64,000 bases of DNA from Gammaproteobacteria bacterium. Lineage in GTDB: Bacteria; Pseudomonadota; Gammaproteobacteria; Eutrophobiales; Eutrophobiaceae. The first letter of the stretch is position 1. Each line of letters begins with the position of its first letter. Shown one piece after another: positions 1 to 9,998 of the stretch. The stretch lies in contig OZ220696.1 of assembly GCA_965116495.1 (NCBI GenBank), positions 928,001-992,000 on the forward strand, in the 5' to 3' direction. The translations under genes and the position numbers were made by a program. The notes under the pieces were generated by a model. It saw nothing but the letters and a program-made list of their open reading frames with translations, was not told the origin of the DNA and did not search any database.

Positions 1-1416
1 CGTTATCGGTTTTGAACGGGAGGATACCGGCTTGTCTGCGCCCAGTGAAAATTTTATGCCGTTGTCCAGCCAGTCCCTCAGACGATAGGATTTATGCGCC
101 AGTTCCTCACCCCAGTGTTCTATGAATTTGTCGCCGATGATATACAGGTGCCTGGGTTGGGGCAGCACAATGAGGCCGAGCTTTTTGACCCGCTCGTAGT
201 GGTCTGGTTGCAACAGGATGCCATGGTCCACAATCCAGCGCTTGTCAGTAATATCGATATGGCTGTTCACATACTCATAGGCATCCAGGAGCTGATCGAT
301 GGATGCGTCGCCGACGGCATGGGGGCCCGGACGCCAGCCGTGCCGCGCGGCTGCCAGCACAAACCGGTTCAGTTGATCCTGTTCAATAAGCCGCAGTCCG
401 TAGTAGCCGGGCCGGCCCCGGTATTCCGTGCGGATCTGGGCTGATTCCTCGGCGCCGTCCAGCATCATTTCCGCCAGGCCGTCAGTCCTGAATATACCAT
501 CTCCCCATCTCTCTTTCGGGTCGCCCAGGGTCTCAAACAAGGCGTCGATCTCATCTGCCGGGGTATTGGCATCGACGTCGTAGCACCAGTCGACCCTGAC
601 GGTCAGTTCCCCGTCTTCATACAGTTCGCGCAGCATTTCGACAAGTTCCCGGCTGCCGCCGGGTTCTCTCAGACTCGTCATGCCCCAACTGTTCACGCGC
701 CTGATTGCCTGGCGGATACCGTCCAACTGCACTTCCCTCTCCGGTGTCTGAAAATGATCCAGAAACGGGTACATGGCATTGCGTACAAGAAAGCCGGTCG
801 GTTCTCCCTCCTCATCCTTCCATATTTCTCCACCAGGCGGATTTTCGCTGTCCTTGTCGTAGCCTATCCGTTCCAGCGCCATGCTGTTGGCTATGACATA
901 ATGGCCGCCTTTCAACGTCACCGGGTTGTCGGGTGAGACCTCGTCGAGATCGTATCGATTCGGCAGGCGTCCGTCCTCCAGCATGAACTGCCACCAGCCG
1001 CCCTCGCTGAATATCCATTCACCCTTTTCCGTAACTTTAACCCGTTCTGCGACTGCCTGTTTTATGTCGTCGATCGATGTTATTTCGGTCAGGTCAATCA
1101 TCGTCGGCAGGTTGATCCCCATGGTCGTCATATGGCTATGGGTATCGTTGAACCCGGGAAGCACCGTCTTGCCTCCAAGGTCCACGATCGCCGTATCAGG
1201 GCCCGCGCTCTCAAGGACCAAATCTTCCGTTCCCACCCGCATGAACTTCCCATCCTTGACTGCAGCAGCTTCTGCAATGGAGAAATCCTTGTCGACCGTG
1301 ACAATTTTCCCATTGTGAATAATCAGGTCTGGCGCCGGATTTTGTTCGGCACAGCCGCTGCAAAGAACAGCGAAGGCAACTAAAATTGGCAGGAAATCTG
1401 CGTGTATGTGTTTCAT
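1..1416 (-). CDS. Amidohydrolase 3 (YtcJ-like) family protein, probable lipoprotein; 3' end outside window
   Basis: Manual translation from ATG 1416: MKHIHADFLPILVAFAVLCSGC...DLIIHNGKIVTVD...VDLGGKTVLPGFNDTHSH (metal-binding HxH); GGAG RBS upstream. Confidence 0.85.
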   Translation of the reverse strand, partial: MKHIHADFLPILVAFAVLCSGCAEQNPAPDLIIHNGKIVTVDKDFSIAEAAAVKDGKFMRVGTEDLVLESAGPDTAIVDLGGKTVLPGFNDTHSHMTTMGINLPTMIDLTEITSIDDIKQAVAERVKVTEKGEWIFSEGGWWQFMLEDGRLPNRYDLDEVSPDNPVTLKGGHYVIANSMALERIGYDKDSENPPGGEIWKDEEGEPTGFLVRNAMYPFLDHFQTPEREVQLDGIRQAIRRVNSWGMTSLREPGGSRELVEMLRELYEDGELTVRVDWCYDVDANTPADEIDALFETLGDPKERWGDGIFRTDGLAEMMLDGAEESAQIRTEYRGRPGYYGLRLIEQDQLNRFVLAAARHGWRPGPHAVGDASIDQLLDAYEYVNSHIDITDKRWIVDHGILLQPDHYERVKKLGLIVLPQPRHLYIIGDKFIEHWGEELAHKSYRLRDWLDNGIKFSLGADKPVSSRSKPIT

Positions 1417-1472
1417 GGTGTTCTCCGGAATTGATAAGTTACTGTTCCATTTGCTGCTGGAAATGCATGTGC

Positions 1473-2789
1473 TCAGTTGTAACAATGTAGACCCGTGATT
1501 CTATGCATTACCCGGGAGCGAAGCCTGGCAGTATTGATAAGTATAGCGGGTAAGCGCGACATCAACCCGTAATGGCGAATTGCATCCGGTCTCTCAATCA
1601 ATAAATTCAGTTTTCCGGTGTGTCCCTGTTTAATATATCCGGCTACTTCGCGCCCAAGAACCGTGTTAATCGCCAGGCCCCTGCCGTTACAGGCCTGCAC
1701 GGCAAATAATCCCTCCGATAACTGCGTAAACCTGGGCAATATGGAACGGCCTATCCACGTTGTCCCCATCCACAGGTAACGGATGCGGGCCGAAGCCAGC
1801 AGTGGAGAGAAGTGCTTTAACCGTTGTTCGACAATACGGATAATCCGGCTTCTGGCATTATTGAACATAAATGCAGGACAGGCGGTAATCAGCCGTCCAT
1901 CCCTGTCGTAACGCATCGAATAAATATTCGGACTGACATCTGTCATTGCGTGGTTTTCAGGCAGGATAACCTCCCTGACCTTATCGTCCAGAGGTTCCGT
2001 TGCCATCTGGAATACCCGGAACGGCAGGACCGTGTTGGCGAGGCCGGCAGACAGTTTTCGATTGCCGCCACCTGCACAAAGCACGACTATTCTTGCATTA
2101 ACCCGGAATTTATCTGACTCGAGGCGCCACCCTGTGCCGGTCTTATGCACTTCAAGCACCGGGCTGTTAATGAGTACCCGGGCGCCCTGCCCTGTCGCCG
2201 CCCGCGCCAGTTCCCGCACATAAGCAAGCGGGTTGATTGCGCCGCCGGCCGGGTCCAGCAGCGCTCCCAGGTAGGCATCCAGTCCGGACAGGTGACAAAT
2301 TCCCTCCCGGTCCACCGTTTCGATCCCGTAACCCAGCGAACGCCACTCTGAAGCTACCCGGTTGACCCGTTCAACCTCCCGAACGGTTCTCGCCGGGCCC
2401 AGGAATCCCGTTTGCTGGGGTGCGCAATCGAGACCCAGTTTACGTATCAGGGAAAATACATATTCCCCGGACTCACCTATCATGTTCACAAGGCGTCCGC
2501 CTTTTTCTTCACCGTATTGTTCCAGCAACTCATACGGGCTGTGACGGACTGAAAGAGATACTACGAGGCCGGCGCTTTTACCGGCAGCGTCGCTACCAGG
2601 AGTTAGCGCCTCCAATACCAGGGGAGCCATCCCTGCATCGGTTAAATGGTACGCAAGCGATAGTCCGGCAACCCCCGCTCCCACGACTGCAATCTCAGTT
2701 TCATGAATGCCTGTCAAGGAATTAAGGCCTGGCACAGCCGGTGTAACTTTACTCCAGAGCGTGTTGTCTTCTACCTCAACCGCACTCAT
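1473..2789 (-). CDS. FAD-dependent oxidoreductase (DadA/PuuB-like)
   Basis: VVGAGVAGLS FAD motif, GGAINPLAY, C-terminal ACNGRGLA. Confidence 0.85.
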   Translation of the reverse strand: MSAVEVEDNTLWSKVTPAVPGLNSLTGIHETEIAVVGAGVAGLSLAYHLTDAGMAPLVLEALTPGSDAAGKSAGLVVSLSVRHSPYELLEQYGEEKGGRLVNMIGESGEYVFSLIRKLGLDCAPQQTGFLGPARTVREVERVNRVASEWRSLGYGIETVDREGICHLSGLDAYLGALLDPAGGAINPLAYVRELARAATGQGARVLINSPVLEVHKTGTGWRLESDKFRVNARIVVLCAGGGNRKLSAGLANTVLPFRVFQMATEPLDDKVREVILPENHAMTDVSPNIYSMRYDRDGRLITACPAFMFNNARSRIIRIVEQRLKHFSPLLASARIRYLWMGTTWIGRSILPRFTQLSEGLFAVQACNGRGLAINTVLGREVAGYIKQGHTGKLNLLIERPDAIRHYGLMSRLPAILINTARLRSRVMHRITGLHCYN

Positions 2790-2801
2790 GGCAGGGTCTG
2801 A

Positions 2802-3287
2802 TCAGTCCAGGGGTTCTATGGATAACTTGCAGGCGCCGTTGGAACGGATCCGGCCGATACAGGATTGCGCATCGGCAAGATCCTCTGCGACAATCTCACC
2901 ACAGATATTGGCCATCAACCAACCGAACGGGAAAAACAGGCGGCCTCCATCCCCATAGAATATACCCAGGTCAAAGAATGCCCCGGGTGGTATTCCTTTT
3001 ATGCTGCCTGACCTGGCATAGGCAAGGACAATTTCCCCTGCCTGCGGAAATGAACTGGCATTTTCCAGCGGCATGTCTATCTGCGCGAGTTCTTCAGGCA
3101 ATACCGAAGCGGGTAATGGACAGGAAAGTTCCGGGCCTGTCCACATGGCATGGATGGCGTCGTGCGTGGGCCGGGTCTGCGCCAGTTGCCATAAAAATTC
3201 AGCCGAATGCGGCGCTTTATCATCCAGGAGCGCACACCTGGCCGACAGCCCGGACCGCGGTTCAGTAAGCCTGATGATTCGATTCAC
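2802..3287 (-). CDS. DUF3830 family (cyclophilin-like fold) protein
   Basis: LLDDKAP, IHAMWTGPE, PLENASSFPQAGEI, IFYG motifs; ATGA-type overlap with upstream gene. Confidence 0.7.
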   Translation of the reverse strand: MNRIIRLTEPRSGLSARCALLDDKAPHSAEFLWQLAQTRPTHDAIHAMWTGPELSCPLPASVLPEELAQIDMPLENASSFPQAGEIVLAYARSGSIKGIPPGAFFDLGIFYGDGGRLFFPFGWLMANICGEIVAEDLADAQSCIGRIRSNGACKLSIEPLD

Positions 3288-4672
3288 TGGATAAAATCGC
3301 GTATCACCCTGCCGTCCGCAACGACCAGTTTCACATCCTGGAGGTTTTGTATGTCCTCCAGGGGGTTACTGCCGACTACAAGGATGTCCGCCAGCTTGCC
3401 TGGCTCCAGGGTGCCGAGTTTGTCTTCCAATTTCAGTATCTCCGCACCGACACGCGTGGCTGAGGCTAATACATCCTCGTCAGACAGGCCCGCATCTTTC
3501 AACAGGCCAAGCTCCACATAATAATCCTGGGGATAGCGCACGTCGTTTTCAAACGGGATATCCGAACCTACACCGATACGGATTCCAGCCTTGTGCGCGA
3601 GTCCGACCATCTCGAGATGTTGTTCATGAACGACGGGAAAACGGCGGGAAAACGTATAGAAAAAACCACCGGAGGGTATTCCCGCCGAGGGATAGCCTGT
3701 TTTCTCTACGTTGTAGAATGCAGTCAGTGTCGGAACAAAGTCCGTCTTGTTGCGGGCCATGACTGCGATAATATGCTCGTCCATCCCCAGAGGATGCTCG
3801 ATCGTATCGATACCGGCTTCTGACGCCCACTCGGTATATTTGCCGAATGAGTCAACAGCAACAGGGATACCCTGCATATGGGCTTCATTAACTGCAGCGG
3901 TGACTTCTTCCCGGGTGTACGGCGCGGTCAGTTTTATCCAGTCCGCATGCTTGCGAATCTGTTCCCGCACCGCCAGCCGCCAGTCCCAGGGACCGGTTGC
4001 GACACGCACCCTGCTGGAAGGCGCCAGGCTTTTCGGCTTGCCCGTAGCGGTTGACGTGATCTCGTCCGCGTGCCCGCTTCTTGCAGCAATAAGATTACCG
4101 CTCCATAGTACGCGCGGCCCGTCAACCATGCGCCGCTCAACGGCCTCCTTGATCCGTAATGCAACGTCATTGGACGTCCCCACGTCACGGACCGCGGTAA
4201 CGCCGGCGTCAGCGAATTGCCCCAGCAACAGGACCCCGCGAATGGCCGCGGCCGCATCCGAGTTGCGGTAGCGGGTGAAATCCATACCGCGCTGCTGGGT
4301 GAAATGGATATGCAGGTCAATCAGTCCGGGCACGATATATAAACCTGACGTGTCGATCACCTGCCCTTCTTCCGTTGAGACCTCGGCCCCGGCCGCAGTG
4401 CCGGCATACATTATCCGGTCGCCGCGCAGCGCCACCAACGCGTCGGCTATGGGAGCAGTACCGGTACCGTCAATCAGGGTCCCTCCCTGTAATACGAGCA
4501 AGGGATCTGCAGAGTAATCATGGGGTGGAACCGGCACCCGCCGGGTATCGTCCGTGGTGGTAAATGTTGTTTCCTGTGCTGCGCTGACACCTGGCGCGGC
4601 TAACATGAAAAAACATACGATGACTGAAAAAGTATTCTTGATGATAACCATTTTGCCGTATCTCCTCATCAT
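3284..4672 (-). CDS. Exported metal-dependent amidohydrolase
   Basis: Signal peptide; PGLIDLHIH, GVTAVRDVG, TIEH, VGSD, GTLEPGKLADILVV. Confidence 0.85.
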   Translation of the reverse strand: MMRRYGKMVIIKNTFSVIVCFFMLAAPGVSAAQETTFTTTDDTRRVPVPPHDYSADPLLVLQGGTLIDGTGTAPIADALVALRGDRIMYAGTAAGAEVSTEEGQVIDTSGLYIVPGLIDLHIHFTQQRGMDFTRYRNSDAAAAIRGVLLLGQFADAGVTAVRDVGTSNDVALRIKEAVERRMVDGPRVLWSGNLIAARSGHADEITSTATGKPKSLAPSSRVRVATGPWDWRLAVREQIRKHADWIKLTAPYTREEVTAAVNEAHMQGIPVAVDSFGKYTEWASEAGIDTIEHPLGMDEHIIAVMARNKTDFVPTLTAFYNVEKTGYPSAGIPSGGFFYTFSRRFPVVHEQHLEMVGLAHKAGIRIGVGSDIPFENDVRYPQDYYVELGLLKDAGLSDEDVLASATRVGAEILKLEDKLGTLEPGKLADILVVGSNPLEDIQNLQDVKLVVADGRVIRDFIQ

Positions 4673-4686
4673 TCCTCTACAGGGCC

Positions 4687-4737
4687 CGTCATTCCTGCGA
4701 AGCTTGTCCCTGCGGCAGCAGGGAGCAGGAATCCAGT
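4687..4737 (+). repeat. REP-like palindromic repeat, copy 1
   Basis: cgtcattcctgcgaagcttgtccctgc...gcagggagcaggaatccagt; similar copies at 11349, 11459 (reverse) and 20847 (reverse). Confidence 0.8.
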
Positions 4738-4770
4738 GACAGCTTAGACCTTAACGGATATTAGCCAGAG

Positions 4771-4810
4771 ACAGGCCGCGCACCCTGTTCGGAAAGGGTG
4801 CGCGACCTGT
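4771..4810 (-). terminator. Hairpin after TonB receptor stop (terminator or mRNA stabiliser)
   Basis: acaggccgcgcaccct...agggtgcgcgacctgt inverted repeat; no clear U tract. Confidence 0.5.
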
Positions 4811-4813
4811 TGA

Positions 4814-7153
4814 TCAATGACTGTAGCTGATGCTTACCCCGAATATCCTCGGCGGACCGTAGTGAAGACGGCCGGGCAGGAAGCCTGAAGCTGGCCCGAA
4901 AATCTCACTGAAGTACTCCTTGTCCGACAGGTTACGGCCCCAGCCCGCCAGTTCCCAACGTCCATTGTCGGACCTGAGACCTATTCGGGCATTCAGCAGC
5001 GTATAGGAATTCTGCACCGCGCCGGGGTGATTCGGCAGGATAAACTGGTTTGAATCAGTATAGCTGTAATCAAACTGGGCAAAAGGCCGGAACCCGCTGA
5101 TTGCCTGTGACGCCGTGTAGCTGACCAGGCCGTTTATCGTGAAGTCAGGCGCATGGGCAGGGGTCTGGTCTTCATAATCCCCGTTTTGAATATCCGCATC
5201 CATCAGGTTAACGCCGGTATAGACCAGCAATTCAGGAGTAAGCTGCCAGGTTAGCTCCGCCTCAGCGCCGTAGATGTTAACGTCACCTGCAGTGCCCAAT
5301 GTAATCACCCTGACATTCTGTCCCGAAACGGGGTCGATCCTGTCGAGCGCCGCGCGCGCCTGCATGTCATTCCAGTCGTAGTAATAGCCCGCCGCGTTGA
5401 AGCGTACGTTGCCGTCAAGCAGCGCGGACTTGAAGCCGGCTTCGTACGCCAGTAATTCCTCGGACTGAAACGGCAAAAGCTGGTTGCGATTGAAGGCAAT
5501 CGACGCCGGGAACCCGCCGCTCTTGAACCCGCGGTTGAAACTGGCGTAAAACAGCAGGTTGTCGGTTGGCGTGAACTCCAGCGCCACCCTGCCGCCGACC
5601 TCCTCGGTATTCAGCTTCGGATGCGTGAACAAAGGAAGCGGTACCGGCCCACTGCCGGTAATCTTACCACTGAAGGAAAACTCGCGATCTTCATCGGTAT
5701 AGCGAATGCCCAGCGACAGTTTGAACATTTCATGCATACGCCAGTCAACCTGGGCAAACGCGGAGATGCCTTCCGTCTCCTGGTCTGATCCGCTTTCAAA
5801 AAAACCGGAGAACGAGGCATGGTCGCGAAAATCGGTATCCGAGAAGAAGTCATTATCATCTTTACTGTAGAACCCGCCGACGATCCAGTCTATCGGCCCC
5901 CAGCTGTCATCGGAGGCAAAGCGTATTTCCTGGGTAAAACTGGTAATATCTTCCCAGTTCCTGATTTCATGTATATACGCAGGCGAACCGCCCTGGTCCA
6001 ACGGCTGGTACCGGTCAAATTCCCGGTAACCGGTGATGGAGGTGGCGGTAAACCGGTCGAAATCAATGTTGACAGTCGCTGAAATTCCCCATGATTCGGC
6101 ATCTACCTGGTTGCCGGTGGAGAATTCGCCCAGTACCGTGCGTATATCCGGGTTGCGGTCCTGGATTATCTCTCGTTCTGGCGTCAAAGCCATGCCGCCC
6201 GTGCGGTCGCGTATCTGCGCGAACGAGGCGCATTCCACCTCATTGCGTATGCCTTCAGCTCCATAGGAACAAAAGCCTGGTGAACCATCCGCAAACAAAT
6301 TACCCGCATGTTTGAATGCCATTACCTCGGATTTATCCTCTGAATAATCGCCGCTGATGAGGATGTCAAATTGCTCGGTGGGTTCCCACAGTATCGAGCC
6401 GCGGTAGGCCTTCCTGTCAATCTCCCCGTTATCGGGGTCCACCCCCGGACCGAACGGTACTTCCGGTATTGTCTCCAGGGTCTGCCAGCCGTGCTGCGAT
6501 ACGTTGATGTTCGTGGCAACCCGCGCCGACAGGGTATCGCTCAAAGGACCGCCGATACCCAGCTCCAGTTCCGTCCTGTCATATTCCGCGTAATCGAAGC
6601 GCGCCTGCAGGTCGAACTCCTTGGTGGGTTTGCGCGGCACGACCTTTATCGCGCCGCCCGTGGTATTGCGGCCATACAGGGTACCTTGCGGTCCCTTCAA
6701 TACCTCGACCCGGTCCACGTCGAACATCTGGAAGCCCAGCATGACGTGCGACGGCAGGGCGATTTCATCCAGGTAGATCATGACCGCCGGGTTCTGCTTG
6801 CTGGTAACGTCGTTCATCCCCACACCGCGAATGGTGAACACCGAATCGCCCTCGTAGGAGGAACTGGCGTTGACCGTTAACCCAGGGGTGAACTGTGCCA
6901 GGTCCCGGGGTTGGGCAACACCCAGGTCCTGCAACACATCACCTGTGAATGCCGTTATCGAAATAGAGACATCCTGAACATTCTGCTCACGCTTTTGTGC
7001 CGTGACGATAATTTCCTCAATCTGGGCGGAAACAGGTGTAGAAAATAAGGCAATACATGAAATAAGTATTGTAATAGGCTGAATATTAAATATTTTATTT
7101 AGGCAACACAGAAAAGAAACGGAAAACCGTCCAATCGAGTAATTCATCATCAT
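4814..7153 (-). CDS. TonB-dependent receptor (start approximate)
   Basis: IEEIIVTAQKREQ TonB box, VEVLKGPQGTLYGRNTTGG plug motif, C-terminal beta strand FGVSISYSH. Confidence 0.95.
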   Translation of the reverse strand: MMMNYSIGRFSVSFLCCLNKIFNIQPITILISCIALFSTPVSAQIEEIIVTAQKREQNVQDVSISITAFTGDVLQDLGVAQPRDLAQFTPGLTVNASSSYEGDSVFTIRGVGMNDVTSKQNPAVMIYLDEIALPSHVMLGFQMFDVDRVEVLKGPQGTLYGRNTTGGAIKVVPRKPTKEFDLQARFDYAEYDRTELELGIGGPLSDTLSARVATNINVSQHGWQTLETIPEVPFGPGVDPDNGEIDRKAYRGSILWEPTEQFDILISGDYSEDKSEVMAFKHAGNLFADGSPGFCSYGAEGIRNEVECASFAQIRDRTGGMALTPEREIIQDRNPDIRTVLGEFSTGNQVDAESWGISATVNIDFDRFTATSITGYREFDRYQPLDQGGSPAYIHEIRNWEDITSFTQEIRFASDDSWGPIDWIVGGFYSKDDNDFFSDTDFRDHASFSGFFESGSDQETEGISAFAQVDWRMHEMFKLSLGIRYTDEDREFSFSGKITGSGPVPLPLFTHPKLNTEEVGGRVALEFTPTDNLLFYASFNRGFKSGGFPASIAFNRNQLLPFQSEELLAYEAGFKSALLDGNVRFNAAGYYYDWNDMQARAALDRIDPVSGQNVRVITLGTAGDVNIYGAEAELTWQLTPELLVYTGVNLMDADIQNGDYEDQTPAHAPDFTINGLVSYTASQAISGFRPFAQFDYSYTDSNQFILPNHPGAVQNSYTLLNARIGLRSDNGRWELAGWGRNLSDKEYFSEIFGPASGFLPGRLHYGPPRIFGVSISYSH

Positions 7154-7245
7154 CCTTCTCCCCTTGGTGAGTAAGCACTGCATCTGTTACAGGATATTGA
7201 TTACGCGTAAAATTGTCAATAATCGACAGCGTTGCTATTTTACAA

Positions 7246-8604
7246 CTACTGCCACCCCTGTTCTGCCTCCGCCAGGCTGGCCCGGTAATATTTCAGTCCG
7301 GTATAAATGATGAGCGCCGACAACGGCGCCGATATTGCAACTACGGTTGCCAGGGAATGGCCGACCAGGGCTGGATCCTTGTAAAAATAGTCAGTCAGCA
7401 GGGCGACGAAGGTCGGACCTATACCTAGTCCTATTAGGTTAACAGCCAACAAATACAGCGCCGAGACCTGGGCGCGCATCTGGTTGGGTGTAATCGGCTG
7501 TAACGCGGCAGGCGCGATACCGTGCGGCAGGCTCCAACAAAAGGTGAAAGGCGCCATGAGCGCCAGTGTAAACCAGATATTGTCGACCAGGGGTGCGGCA
7601 ACACCGAAAGGAATGGAACAGAGCGCTCCTATCATGATGACCCTCAGGTTGGCGTCGGAATAGCCGCGCCGGCGCAGCGCATCCGCCATCCAACCCGCGC
7701 TGACGACACCGGAAGTGCCGAAGACCAGCAACATGCTTCCGTAGACGAGTCCGACCTCACCCGGCGTCCAGCCATACTTGCGAATAAAAAATGCCGGTGT
7801 CCAGGACAGTATTGAATAGGCCAGCATCACGAACATGGATACCCCGATCATGTGATGCCCGTAGGTGCGCCAGTTTGTGCGCAAAAATGCAATGATTTCC
7901 CTAACCGGAATGCCTTTGGGAACTGCACCCGGTTGACCTCCAAGCAGCCCCCTGCGCACCGGTTCGCGTAGGGAAAACACCAGTAACGCCAGTAAAATTC
8001 CGGGTAATCCGACTACGATGAATGCCATCTGCCAGGCGCGAATCTGCCCGAATACCGGGATATCAACAACATCGAGCCGAGTCACGAAATCAACGACGAA
8101 CCCCCCGATAATATAGGCCAGTCCCGCGCCTAGAAAGCTGCCCCCGGTAAAGACTGCAATCGCCCGGGTAACCTTGCCTGGCGGAAAGTAATCTGTAAAC
8201 AACGAATAAGCCGGCGGAGATAGCGCGGCCTCCCCTACTCCCACCCCTATACGCGCGGCAAACAACTGCCCGAAAGATTTTGCCAGACCGCACATGACGG
8301 TCATCAGGCTCCAGAGGAACACGCCGGCGGCGATAATGGTGCGCCGATTTGAAACGTCTGCAAGGCGGGCAATGGGAATGCCCATCAAGGTATAAAACAG
8401 GGCAAAAGCAATCCCCTGCAGGAGGGATATCTGTGTGTCGCTGAGTTGAAGGTCCTCCCGTATCGGTTCGACCAGCAGGTTTATAATCTGCCGATCGACG
8501 AAGGAAAAAATATAGGCAACCGTCAAAACGCCGACAACGTACCAGGCATAGACCTGGTTTGGGTACTCTTCGTGTTCAGAAATCGGTAAATCTGGTTTAT
8601 TCAT
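7246..8604 (-). CDS. MFS transporter (spinster-like)
   Basis: FSFVDRQII, GIPIARLAD..RR, ARIGVGVGEAALSPPAYS. Confidence 0.9.
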   Translation of the reverse strand: MNKPDLPISEHEEYPNQVYAWYVVGVLTVAYIFSFVDRQIINLLVEPIREDLQLSDTQISLLQGIAFALFYTLMGIPIARLADVSNRRTIIAAGVFLWSLMTVMCGLAKSFGQLFAARIGVGVGEAALSPPAYSLFTDYFPPGKVTRAIAVFTGGSFLGAGLAYIIGGFVVDFVTRLDVVDIPVFGQIRAWQMAFIVVGLPGILLALLVFSLREPVRRGLLGGQPGAVPKGIPVREIIAFLRTNWRTYGHHMIGVSMFVMLAYSILSWTPAFFIRKYGWTPGEVGLVYGSMLLVFGTSGVVSAGWMADALRRRGYSDANLRVIMIGALCSIPFGVAAPLVDNIWFTLALMAPFTFCWSLPHGIAPAALQPITPNQMRAQVSALYLLAVNLIGLGIGPTFVALLTDYFYKDPALVGHSLATVVAISAPLSALIIYTGLKYYRASLAEAEQGWQ

Positions 8605-8668
8605 CTTTTTAGCCGCGCCTTGTTTCAGCCTCCTGAGTAATCCTGCATTTCAGTCTTTCATTCCCGCT

Positions 8669-9979
8669 TCAGCAATCCAGCGTATTGCGCCGCTCCCAGT
8701 CACTGAGATGCGCTGTATACTCCCTCCATTCCTGCATTTTCAGTTTGATATAGGAATCCACAAACTCGTCACCCAGGCCGGCGCGTAATACCTTGTTTTT
8801 TTCCAGCAGACGTAAGGCGTCCAGGAGGGTGGCCGGTAATTTTCGTGCAGATTTCACCTTGTGACCCTCTGCGTACATATCGAGAAACAACGGTTTACCC
8901 GGGTCGCGTTGGTTATCTATCCCGTCCAGGCCGGTGGCCAGTATGCCGGCCTGTGACAGGTACGGGTTGGTGGAACCGTCCATCAGGCGCAGTTCGAACC
9001 GGCCCGGATCCGGGATGCGGATCATGTGGGTACGGTTGTTCCCGGTGTAGGTAACCGAACTTGGCGACCAGCTTGCCCCGGACAGGGTGCGCGGCGCATC
9101 GATCCGCTTGTAGCTGTTGACGGTCGGGTTGAACAGCGCGCAGAGTGCAGTGGCACTGTGCATGACGCCGCCCAGGAACCGGTAGGCCAGCCCGGACAGG
9201 CCCAGGTCATCGTTTTCATCCAGAAACAGGTTGTCGTCACCCGCCGCATCCCACACCGAGACGTGGGTATGGCAGCCGTTGCCGGTGAGGTCGGCAAAGG
9301 GTTTCGGCATGAACGTCGCGCGGTAGCCGTGCTGCTCCGCAATGGTCTTGACCATGTACTTGAAAAAGACGTGGCGGTCAGCCGTCTTCAGGGCATCGGC
9401 ATAGTCCCAGTTCATTTCAAACTGGCCGTTAGCATCCTCGTGGTCGTTCTGGTACGGGCCCCAACCCAGTTCCAGCATACAGTCACATATGGCTTTGATG
9501 ACGGGATAACGGCGCATCAGCGCCTGTTGGTCGTAACAGGGCTTGCTCTGTATATCGTTGGGATCGGAGATGGCCGTGCCTTCCTGGTTAATCAGGAAAT
9601 ACTCACACTCGACGCCGGTCTTCATCCGATAACCCGCCTGCTCCGCTTTGGCCAGTTGCCGTTTCAGGACGATACGCGGGGATGCTTCCACTTCTTTGCC
9701 GTTCATCCACAGGTCCGAGGCCAGCCAGCCTACTTCCCTGTTCCACGGCAACTGGATCAGGCTGTCCGGGTCAGGTATGCCGAACATGTCGGGATCCGCC
9801 GGCGTCATGTCCAGCCACGCGGCAAATCCGGCAAACCCGGCGCCCTCTGCCTGCATGCCCCCGATCGCCCGTGCCGGAACCAGCTTCGACCGCAACGTGC
9901 CGAACAGGTCGACGAAACTGATTAAAAAATATTTGATGCCTTTTTGTTCTGCAACTTGTGCCAGATCGGTTGTCATCAT
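8669..9979 (-). CDS. gmaS: Gamma-glutamylmethylamide synthetase (GlnT/type III glutamine synthetase family)
   Basis: GAGFAGFAAWLDMTP, DHEDANGQFEMNW, FMPKPF; adjacent to mgsABC; GGAGG RBS before 9979. Confidence 0.88.
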   Translation of the reverse strand: MMTTDLAQVAEQKGIKYFLISFVDLFGTLRSKLVPARAIGGMQAEGAGFAGFAAWLDMTPADPDMFGIPDPDSLIQLPWNREVGWLASDLWMNGKEVEASPRIVLKRQLAKAEQAGYRMKTGVECEYFLINQEGTAISDPNDIQSKPCYDQQALMRRYPVIKAICDCMLELGWGPYQNDHEDANGQFEMNWDYADALKTADRHVFFKYMVKTIAEQHGYRATFMPKPFADLTGNGCHTHVSVWDAAGDDNLFLDENDDLGLSGLAYRFLGGVMHSATALCALFNPTVNSYKRIDAPRTLSGASWSPSSVTYTGNNRTHMIRIPDPGRFELRLMDGSTNPYLSQAGILATGLDGIDNQRDPGKPLFLDMYAEGHKVKSARKLPATLLDALRLLEKNKVLRAGLGDEFVDSYIKLKMQEWREYTAHLSDWERRNTLDC

Positions 9980-9998
9980 TGTTTCCTCCTGGTTAACG

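Noticed and set aside
9026-9925. Long antisense ORFs (also 15061-16068, 54149-55006, 56688-57674, 61150-61968, 63313-63933)
   Set aside because: Shadows of well-supported opposite-strand genes in GC-rich DNA.
8669-9979. Ordinary glutamine synthetase glnA
   Set aside because: GlnT-type motifs and mgsABC context favour gmaS.
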